DNA of 64,000 nucleotides from Macrostomum hystrix (taxonomy: Eukaryota; Animalia; Platyhelminthes). A program made the translations under genes and the position numbers. The stretch spans positions 19,716,001 to 19,780,000 of the forward strand of contig CATNEN010000039.1 in assembly GCA_950097015.1 (NCBI GenBank), read 5' to 3'. Shown one piece after another: positions 49,481-60,700 of the stretch. The notes beneath the pieces are model-generated. The model was not told where the DNA came from. It did no database searches and saw only the letters and a list, made by a program, of their open reading frames with translations. Each line of letters begins with the position of its first letter. Within the stretch, counting starts at the first letter, position 1.

Positions 49481-50230
49481 ACTACTTAAAGTAGCTAAAA
49501 AGTTGGACATTGTTACTGGTTAAGGATGAGAGAACTAATCGACGCGACTGCTATCTATTACCATTCCGAATCAGTTTTAAGCTGGTTTTGTTTTTTTCCT
49601 TTGTTCGTTTTAACAATATGTGTGTACATATTAGCTTTTGTCTAGAAAGAAAACTGACCATTCTAATCTAAATTTATTCTGTTATCGTTGTTTTTTTCTC
49701 ACATTTAACAATCTTGACACTGTTAAATCATTTAATTTACATCCATCAATGCGCTGTGCTGCCTAAGCATTCCAACAACTATCCAACAATGTTATGCCAT
49801 TTTTATATTGAAGTTTTACCTGTGCATAAAAACTTATCAAAAGCTATCAATATAACATTTTTAAGGTATTAAAGCAAATTAGTTTTTATTTGTAACTATA
49901 TTTAAAATTCTTTTTACCTGCATATTTAGTCTGTTAGGCTAACGTTTGTAGCTGATTGCTACATATAATAATAACTAATAAAAAAAGTTTTTCATTAGGC
50001 TTGATTGCCTTTGACTGGTAAAAATATTTCTCCCTTTTTATCGCGTTCTAATGTCATTTTTGAACAGATTATCTCTATGCTTTGCAACTTTTTTTATTAC
50101 GTATTAAAGCCGGAAAGTTAACGTTACACCTGTTGGAAGACGTTGAAGCCTGAAAGTTAACGTAACAGGGGTAGAAATTCCTTGAAGCCGGAAAGTCATC
50201 GTGACACCATTAGGAAGATATTAAGCCGGA

Positions 50231-51700
50231 GTGTGTTGTAGCCACCAGGTCCTCGAACGGGGTCCACCAGGAGACAATAACGGGAGTCAGTCAAACAAGC
50301 CGAGCCAGGTGACTCTGGGTTTATCCAAGAGGTCGGTCGGCTGAAGATGAGTTGGGCAGCCTGGGCACGCGAAGAGATGCGGCACATCGTGCCCTACTCG
50401 ATTGACAACCGTACAGACGTCCGCAGCTGCCTGGCGGATTCAGTGTTGAAAGTTCATCAGGAGCGGGCACCAGCCTGAACGCAGCTGGGCCAGGCGGCAG
50501 CGTGCCAGACAAGGTAGCAGCCTCTCCTCGGTGTTGACCGGCCGACGGGCACCGATCATCATGTTCGGCTCCAGGGCTGCCAACGCCGCGACGACGGCCG
50601 ACGTGTGGTTGCTGGCACGAGCTCCGTTGTAGTCGACGTCGAGGATGAGGGGCGGCTCGCCGACGACGCCCCAGCGATCGTCCTGGTGTCGGTGCGTAAA
50701 GACCGTGAGCTTCATCGGCCGGCGGGGAGCAGTTTGACGAAGCATCTCGTGGCATGTGGTGATCAGGACGGCGGGTCGCCGTGGCGAACTGGGCCGAGTG
50801 ATGTGGAGGCGGCAATGGTCATAAACGCGTAACAGTCTTGTTTCCGCGTGCAGGTCAGATTCCGAAGTGAGCCCGGTGCATCCGGTCACTGCCCGCAGCG
50901 CCTGACTTTGGGTCGTCTGCAATTTCTGCCAGCTTGAGTAAGAGATGATGGGGCCCCAGACGGAGCGACTGTGGTCATGCGGTATGTATCAAGGAGTCTC
51001 GGTGTCAGCTCCCCCGGACGTACCGGCGAGAGCTCTCAGAACCTTGTTACGGGCAATCGCTTTTTGTCCAAAATACGCTCCAACAAGAAGGTAAGTTTGG
51101 GGCCCAGGATCTTCGTGTTGGTGACGTTTGGTAGAGGCTGGCCACGGATAGGACGCTTCAAGCTGCCAATGGCTTTGGAGACCGCTTCCGTGACGAAAGC
51201 TAAGGGCGGTTCTTTGACTCTGCTAAGGTTTTTTACTCTCCGCCGGGTACGACGCATCCACTTTTCAGGGACGTGCGGGCGCGGTCGGAGGAATTGCCTG
51301 TTTAGGCACATGGCGGCCTCTTCGTCGTTTTTCGCTTCTTTGTTGCCGAATCTGAGGATGAGATTGGGCTGTTGCCGGGCCGTACCGTTCAGGCGCCTAA
51401 CGGTGGACCAGAGCCGATTGACTGGCGCTCTGCTGTTCAGCTGGGAGGTAAAATTCGTGTAAACCCAGGTTGTCTTCGATGTCGCCAGCCCGAATAATAA
51501 GCTCGCGGATCAACCTAACCGACGAGGGTTGTCCGAAAAAAGGAGGATTGACGTTGCATTTGACATCGACGTTGACGTTCCCGTTGGTTGTCTTGGTGGG
51601 CCCTTGATTAGGGCCTTGTGGAGGCGTGCGTTCCATTGACAGAAACGTCAAGATTTCCAACCAATCAAGAACTGCTCAGTCGGGGCGGGGCGCATTGGTC
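50231..51700 (-). mobile_element. Internally deleted, decayed non-LTR retrotransposon (Ingi/Vingi-like)
   Basis: Post-RT motifs SWQKLQTTQSQALRAVTGC..LHAET and EERLLP..RCRLAQLRSGWC..; 2A-like RAGDIEDNLG near the 5' end; 3' tail CTACAACAC; inserted in a degenerate CCGGAAAGT..GTGACACC tandem repeat. Confidence 0.72.
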
Positions 51701-53679
51701 GGAAAGTCATCGTGACACCCGTAGTCCAAAGACATAAATCCGGAAAATAATCGTGACACCCGTTGGTGTCTGTACTTGTATGATATTAAATGATCTTTAC
51801 TTGTATATATACACCTGTACAAATGCGCTAATAAAGGGCCGGAAGGTTAACGCATTCATATTGCATGTAAATCGCGGAAAGTTGGAGTTAAATGTGCCCC
51901 ATACTGACATCAAAAGCAAATTCGTGCACATTTTTTACGTGAGTTTTTGTTCAATCCTTTATTTTGAAAACTACGTATGATTGTAGTAAGTATAAATTAT
52001 TTGAAGCCGTATTAGAAAACTATTTCAAGTGTTTCGTATGCAATTTTTATACGAATGCATGACATCACGTAATAAGTTTATGTCTATTGCACATTTAGCC
52101 GTTTCGGTGCATATATTTTATAGCTGTCGAAAATTTTTATAACAATTAAAAAGAAAAAAATTATTTTCAAAACATTTTAGCACACTCCAGATGATATTAT
52201 GAGTTGCGAAAAGCACATTTTAGATATTTATTATAACTTGCCGAGAGTGCATATTTTATTCAAATAGTTTGCGTTTATAACGCAAGTGCAGGCAATTTTA
52301 CGCACTGAAACATATTTACCAAGGAAGTGGAGCTTTGTTTTAAACAGTTCAAAATTATATGATTATAAGCAGTTTTCTTTATAGGTTAAAACGCATATTC
52401 ATTTTTTCTAGCAAATCTTCTCGATCGAAGTTAAAAGTTTACCATTTTTTCTTTATTGAAATTTTATTTTTATCTCAAAAGTTCGAACTGATATTTATCG
52501 GTAACAAACTCGTTAAATTTAAGATTAAAATTAAAATTTAAAATTTACATTTAAAATTAAATTTAAAATTTAAGAATAATATTGGTGTTTGATCGAATAA
52601 TTATAAAGTTATTGGTTAGTTTATATAGACGTTTTTACGAGTATGACGCCCAGACCCAAAGATGAATGCGAGCAAAATTGGACAGTATCAACGTTAATTA
52701 GCACACACGACTAGCACAATATATATGTGCATGTATCAATAGTAAGAAACAATTGAAAAAAATAAATTAGAATCAACAAATTTACAAATACTTTTAGATT
52801 CGAAAATGTGTGTGTGTGCTAGTGCACAAAGATGCAGGCGCGGGATAATAAATGTACTTTTATTATAGCACGGTACGGGCGAGTGAGAGTGTTGGTGCTC
52901 ATTGAATGAATGACCGATCGTGAATCGTGGCTAAGTGTTCAAATAATCTACGCGCAAATGATGCACGTAGATAAAAACAAAATATAGCATAATAAGAAAA
53001 TAGTATTATTAGAGGCTTATAGGAAAGAGTTGCATAAAAAAAAATATCTTCAGCCTTTGAAAGGAAATACAATATATGTCTCATTCTAGCTTTTAGTCTG
53101 TTCAGCCAGCCAAATTCACAGATGCACAACCTGAAATAAATAATACAAGTTGAAAAATAAGTAGATAAAACATATATTTAAATATTTATAAAGGGCGCAT
53201 GCAATTAGAAGCAGACAAACGGATGAAAACACTTTTATGCGAGCAAGCAAGAAGATGGACAAAAACCTACGTAATTTTACATTTCCTACTAAGAGTAGGC
53301 AGTAGCGAGCACTTATCTGTTTAATGTTTATAAAGACACGGTTCTGGTCGATGACGATGGTCTAGATGCAGCAGGGGAACGTTCCAGCTAGTGTCAGGAG
53401 ATTTGACAGCAAATACTGTGGATATTAATGGCTTGCCATTGCGGCACCAGAGCCCAGCGCATGCAGTGGTCAGGGTCTGAGAACTGATCCCAAATGAAAC
53501 GGCAGTAAGCTAGCCCAACGACTTCATAATGCCGCATAATTTCGCACTAAAGTTTGTGCCCTCTAACTTAGGGCAATAAAATGAGAAACTAGTTGATGGC
53601 TAAGTGAAGTAGCTGGGCAAGCTGGACGTGCCACTAGCTGGGATAACAGTAAAACTAAGCGACCTTCTCGGGCCCTTCT

Positions 53680-54703
53680 CTAGCACCAGTACGCGCCTTC
53701 ATCTTCCGGCGCTTCTACTGTTTGCGCCGACATCGTCATCACTGTTGGTCGGCCAGAGGCAACGTAGAATGGATATCGCTGCTGCTGCTGCTGCTGCTGC
53801 TGCCTCTGCTGCTGCTGAGGCGGAGGCATTTGATGACGTTGCATTCGCTGCTGAGGGTGCTGCGGCCGACGCGATGGCGGTTGCGGCGGCATCGGCAACG
53901 GAAAGTTGGCCGGATGCGGCTGTGGCGGCGGCAGAACCGAAGTTGTCGGCAGCGGGGGAGCCATCGGACCGACTTGACGACGGTTGCCTCGACTATTCGC
54001 TGAATAGAACGGCGCTGCATAGACTGGTTGTCGCTCGGACACTTGTTGATAGCCGTGCAATGATACGGGATGCCGATGGTACATCTCGGGTGGTTGTCGG
54101 ACCCGTCGCGCTTTAGGCATCATGGGTGGTGACATGTCGTCATAGTCGCCAGCCTCGACCACTGCGGGGTCCAGCACTAAGTGGAGATCATTGTCCGATA
54201 CTATCGAGTCGTCAACCATCATATCATCTTCCATCGGATCCTCCTCTCCTTCCATGATTTCCTCGTCGGCGAAAGACCCGGAGATTCCAACCATTTCGTC
54301 ATCGTCCTCGATGGCAACATCAAATTCGTTGAGGTCATCCAGCAGCTGCTCTGGCGGCGGGCTGGGGACTCGATCCAGGCGACGGAGGCGGCGACGAAGG
54401 CGGCGCCGATCGTGCAGCTGGTCGAATTGCGACGTAGAAGACAGGGACGGAGTCGGCGAGTAGGGCAGAGACGGAGGCCTCGACGGGGAGGCGTTTAGCC
54501 TAGGAAAATTTATGCCCGGTGGGGAGCGCAGGCCGGGCCTGTTTGCTGCGAGAGTGACGCCGCTGCCAACCGTCGGCGATGGCAGAACGTGCGGCATTCG
54601 GTCATGGTCGTCTGGCAAGCGAAGATTCAGGCTGCTTGGCGGAGGCTGTTTTCTGGACGCTGTGAGTGCCAGCTGCTGCTGCAGATACTGCGAGTGCTGC
54701 AGT

Positions 54704-54738
<35 letters not shown>

Positions 54739-57700
54739 ATGCTGCTGATGAACATACATTGGTACTTGCGATGGCAGCTCTGGTGGAGAATTGGACGGCG
54801 ACGGTGTCTTGGAGCGCGACTCGAGTGAAGTGGCTCGCATTGCCTGGGAAAGCTCAGGACGTGGTGCCGACAGCGACTGGGCTTTCAGCTGTTGATTCTG
54901 CTGCTGTTGCTGCTGCTGCTGCTGTTTTTGCTGCATTTGATACTGGTGTGGTTGCTGCAGCTGCTGCTGCTGCTGTTGCTGTTGCTGCTGTTGCTGCTTG
55001 TGCTTCATTTGATGCTGCTGCGGTGGAACTGGCTGCTGGCGCGCCGTGGAGCCACTCCGTGTTGTCATGTGCCGGTTCTGAGTGTGGTTCTGGTAGCTGC
55101 TGCACACTGAGTCATCCGACCTCTGACCGCGACCTGCACCAAATCGATTAATGAGTTACTGATGAGAAGTAGGTCTTGCGAGTGGAAATTGAAAGCACCA
55201 TGGTGGTGGTCACAGAGCTAGAGTTAAATAACAGAGTGCGCACTCAAACTAATTGTGCGATGATAAAACTTTTGAATGAAGAAGTGCCTGTCACCAATGA
55301 CTCTTTTGGTGTTATTTTCTAGACTAAATCATCAACTAAATTAACAAACTGTGCAGGAAAATAATACGAAAAAAACGAGTAAATTTTGAAATAAATTACC
55401 AACACCTGGTCAGATGCGAGTCTTGCACAGCGGATCGTACTATAAAGCTTTCGTAAAAAATAGTTTGATCTCCTACATCTCGGCAGTGTAAATTTCAGAC
55501 CTCAAGTTTGAAAGGGGGTAATTAGTGGAAGAGCGGTCTAACATGTTTTCCTCTCGCACCAAGTTCCCTGAGCTTGCTCAATTCCGTGGCTGTAGCCTGT
55601 AGGCACAGTGAAAGTGTACACTGCCTGACGATGAGGGAGTCAGAACAGATGTACACATCGTGTGAGTTTGTGCCTGCAGTTGGTGTCTGAGTACGCGTGT
55701 GCTCAGGAGTCAGCGGAATGGGCAGAATTGCCTTCTCGCTGGCTGCGGGTCTAGTGTCGCCAAATGACTCACAGCCCTCCGACAATTATTTTAATTTTTT
55801 ATACGCAAGCTTTACAGTACTGACCCTTAATTTTTTATTGGCATCTATGCACACTGATTGAGACAGATAATCAATGTCCATGGCGCTGGTGCATGCCTCT
55901 TTAAAAGATAAGCTATATAAAGGTACAAAATTGAAATGTGTTCGAGTAGAAGCGCTGTAAAACTACTTTTTCACTTAGCAATTTAGTTCGTCTTAGTTTT
56001 TAACGAAAAGAAACCCTTTGTACCAGTACAACAGACCGACCACCTTCACCTAATGACGGATTAGGGATTATATCAAGCAAAGCGAACCGTTTAAATTTTT
56101 GTTTATTTTTTCTTACGCGATTAAAACAAAAAGAGAACCGGGTGAAATAATGAACGGATGAAACGGACAAATGGCCGACATTGTGAAATGGTCCGAGCCC
56201 ACACTGCTGTAGACATGGTTGCCTCTAGTCTGTAAGTCATTTAAAAGTTAAGTGAAGCCCTTTGAAATTTTTCAGCTTCATATCTACGCTTAAAAAACTG
56301 TTCGGTGGAACACTTGCGATCAGAGGGAAATACGATTTACAACATCTAGGATTAAATGCAAAGAATTAGAAAAAATATTGCGTGCATTTTAATACGTCTC
56401 AATAGTGATTATTCTCATTTTCGCTAGTCTAATTCTTTCGCTGTATGGTTGCGCCCAGTCGATAAATGTGGACTGTTAAATAACACGTACTGAAGGGAAC
56501 ATTTTAAAAGCGACATTGTGCGCGATGTACAGATGTAAATTAAAGCTAATAAAATATAGCTTCCGCTGTGCTTTAAAAACTAAAAATGAAAAAAAACAAA
56601 CGGAGAGGTGTGGCTTTAGAAGATTGTTTGGAAAATCAAGAAAACTTTAAGGTCATGTCTATCTGGCGTGCTTAGCGATGACTACTTTTTAATTGATTAT
56701 TAAAACAAATAAGTTTCTCGATTGGGATCTTTTTTTCTATCTAATTTAATCGCCAGAGACACTTCAGGGGACCCTGCAAGACAAGATTGAACGGAAATTT
56801 GATTGTCAGTAAATTTCAAAATAGCTATGTAGAGAGTAGTAAAATATTTCATTTGCTTAAACGCGCTACTTAAAGTAATATCACAAGGAAACCTTAGATA
56901 GAAAGTTTAATCAATTTTTAGGAATGAGTCATGCGCTATTTTTAGAAACAAAGTCATGTGACATGAAACCGGAGAACCGGTTCTCGTCAGCTGTATTTGC
57001 TTGAATTCCAAATATGGTAAAACTCACAATCATGACTCACTAAACAAATATGTGTGACCTAAGTAAACACCCGGTAGTAGAACCGGTTTTTCCCAAAAAT
57101 TTTACTATAAATACAAGCGAAAATCCGAGCTGAAAATTAAGACTCGGAGCGGTCCACCGGACTTCAAAACAGCTTACAAAGAAGAGGACCCATCTCTGAG
57201 GGAAAGACAAGTGGTAAGCGCTTTACTAGGCAGAGTAATTTATTGCTAGCAATCGTTGTTGAATTGAACTAAGTTTACGAGAGCCACATATCGTCGATAC
57301 ATTTGAGAAAGGCCTCCTTGTTTCCTAGGATACATTCCTAGAGGATTATTGATTGATTTGATTTGAGTTATCCGTTATCTTTCGGAGGTAACGAAGAAGA
57401 CGCCTTTCAGGAGGACCTATTAAAGAGACACAAAAGAGAATTCAATTGTTCACCAGGGCGCACGTTTCTATTGTGAATTCGGAGCTCGAGGAAACCGACA
57501 AGTAATCTGATTCGCTCTCGCCATTTATTGGCCAACAGACAAACTCAAGCAGCTGCCAGGAAGACAAAAGAAGACAAGACTACAAAGACTCAAGAAACAC
57601 AGACTTAAAACCTCACGGTCGACCAGAACAAGGAGAAGGAGAACTACCGGACTACTTAAGGAATAAGAAGCAATTGCAGTAAGTGTCACGTGACTGTAAT

Positions 57701-60700
57701 AAATTCCTAGGCAATTGTTCCCCATTTCTAGAAGTGGGAGTTTCGTGTGTCTGATCAACACCCAAAGCTCTTCAGCTAAAAGAATGACGGTTTCCGAGTT
57801 AGGTTTTCGTAGTGAAGTTTTTAATTAGCTCGTACTATCCTAAATAGCTTCGTCCAGAAGTATTCAAGTTTAAATCACTGCTCGCACATTTACAAGGGCG
57901 TCAGAGCATTAGCGATAGAAGAAAATAAATATTATATATTTACGTCAAGCAGAAATGATACGGCAAACACAATGGGACAAAATGCATCTATGACAAGCCG
58001 GTAAGCGGAAAGAATAAAGGTGATAATACGAGCGTAAATGAGAGACTAAGCTTGTACGATGACACATGATAAATTTCTGTTTACTCGCATAAACTTTGGT
58101 TAAGCTTGACAGCGAAGTTTCATGCAAGTAATATAGATAGATGAAGTGTGATCTCATAATTTGTTACTTTACATGAATGACAATATACTCGTAATAATAA
58201 ATAATACGAGTACAAGATGCGAGATAGCAATTTGAAATTAGCGTCGGCCTGCATATTTCATAGTTTTTTGCGTTCTGTCCATAGTGATAGCCAATTGAAC
58301 TCCACCTTCGGAGGACTTAAAAAATGTTTGCGGACAAGATTTGACCATCAGAAAGTGAGTTGGCAGATGTACACAAATTGTGTGAGTATGCCCAGTCAAC
58401 TGTGAAACTCCTATCGCGATAAGAAGAAAGATTATCAGATATTTTCTAGTATTTCTAAGCAAAACGGCAACCACTTCAGGCGTTCATTTGGAAGACCACT
58501 TACCAAAATAGCGCTCCCGTCGCTCCCTATCTGCTATCTGGTGCGCTTGATCGATCATGCTAGACACGGCCTGCGCGAACCCACCTGCTGGCACTGCGGC
58601 AAACGGACTGGCGGCTGCGAATGTCGGCTGCTGATGCTGCCTGTACTGCTGCTGCTGCTGATAATGCGGCGAAGGCGACACTGTCCGCGAATTGGTCGGA
58701 CTCGGGTCCATGTAGTTGTGAAGATTGCCGTGCTTGTACTGTATAGGATTTGGCATATTTGGCTGTAATGTCAGCAGTATAAAATCACATTCGATGCCTA
58801 AGCCTATGGTGTGGCCAGATGTAGCGAAACTGAAAGCAGAGTTCAGTCTGTGGACAGGTGGCAACACACTCGACCAGTCTAGCTTGAAGACACCTTTTTC
58901 TTAGAAACTGAGATTCGGGAAAAAAATCGCGAAAGAAAAAAATCAATTCTGCCTCTTCCCGTTGAAATTTGAAGTAAAATGATTCGCTCGGACGACCTAA
59001 ATTAAATCCTGAATCCTAAATCCAATGAATAGAGGAATTCAGAGAGCGGGCAAAAATGTTTTGCTCCACCAAATTAAATCAGCTGTAACCATTGTGGGAG
59101 GGAGTAAAACAAACTATTTAAAACTGTCAGCCTACATTTGTGAGGAGTTCATGAAAGAAAATGGAGTTTGCAATGAGCTGGCCAGCTTTCTGACGAAGAT
59201 ATCTAGAGTCGTCGCGGCTCGTTCTCAGCCGCAGTGCCTGAGTTCGAATCCTGCTGCTGCTGCTGTTGCTGCTGACGCTGCCAGGGCAGCGAAATCTGCG
59301 CGAATGTCAAACAGCGTCCACATAGGCATTGATGACTATACAGTTCAATTCGTTTTGGCATGTGCCTTGCTTGGGTTTTGTTTTTTAAGTTATAAAATAA
59401 AATGCCATGCACCAACAGACACAGAAGGAGGTGGGGTCCGCTCTGACGATACACTAAAATCTAAAACGCGGACTGACGAAATGGTTATTCTTTTTTACAA
59501 GCACCAAAAAGAGACAATTGACATTAGTTATTCTTGAGAATAACCCGATTGTCTCAAAGTACAATAAATAGACAACCATTTCAAAGCTACGAGTACTTAA
59601 ATTGTCTAGTAACCCGACACCGATTTGCCGAATGATAATTTGGATGCATTTTGTTCCGAATGAAAAAATTAGACAAGCTGTCAGCATACTTTGTCAATCC
59701 TTTGCCAGATTCTATCGTACAACTGAAATAAAAAATAATTTGAGAATACAGCAATTATTTTTACATCTATGAATCACGATTTCAAGTAAGAAATAAACGA
59801 AACATTGCATGTTGGCGCAGCAGGTGTTTCAAGCTACTCACTTAATTTAAAGAAATTATTGAATGTTTGAAAATTTAACGGAAGTCTTTTTAACTAACAC
59901 AGACTACCGTAATGCAAGCTAATAAAAGTAGCGGAAGTTGCCGTAGCTGTAACGAGCGTTAATGTAAATAACGGAAGCTTGTTTAACTAAGGGTAAGCAA
60001 CGAAGGACTGAAATGAACGAAAATTGCTGAAAGTATCGGAAATTACTGCAAGAAATGCTTAAGTTATCTAAACTAAGTGAACTTACTGGAAGTAACGAAA
60101 GCTACCTAAAGTAACGACAGTTTTCCAATGTCACTAATGAAACGCACCTGAGCAGACAGGTTCTCGCCGCGCTCTTTGCCGCGAACCTCTCCGACGCCGA
60201 CCCCGCCGCCAGTGGTTCCGCCTCGACCCAAGAATGAGAAGGCCTTCTTTGCCGGCTCGTGACCCTGCTGCCGGTCGATGCTGCAATTTTATTGTGAATT
60301 ACCGCATTGAGGGAAAGTGCTTTCAGGAGTTTCTTGCCTGTCGACACGAATAAAAAAATGCACAGTCTAAACAATCAATTACGATAAAAAATAATAGGAC
60401 AACAATAAATTAATTAGCTAAATTAATTAAATTTAGTACTGTGCGGACCCCGATTTGGAAAGATTATTACAAGGATTACTAGTGTGCTTGAGTGCTGGGG
60501 ACTCAGTGGAATGTGCAGAGCTGCATCAATAAACTATTATCAGGGACCTGTGGGCACTGGATCCATCGATTAGTGACGGTCGATCTGCAGTCAGCGAGGC
60601 TGAGTCTCACAAAAGTGCAGTGTACTCCTGCCCTGACTTTCTCATTGTCAGGCTGTGTACAATTAACCTTCACTGTGCCTTGGGGTTTGGCCCTCAAGGG

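Noticed and set aside
50189-51719. 20-bp TSD CGGAAAGTCATCGTGACACC around the non-LTR element
   Set aside because: The motif is a unit of a local degenerate tandem repeat (related units at ~50109, 50148, 51741 and 51838), and the element's tail ends near 50231.
56952-57760. Solo LTR or TIR element in the Cav2 intron
   Set aside because: Has a TATA box and a 12-bp imperfect inverted repeat (AGTCATGTGACA/TGTCACGTGACT), but no TSD and no second copy in the window.
60440-60611. Short solo LTR (TGTG...CACA with AATAAA)
   Set aside because: Flanks do not form a TSD.
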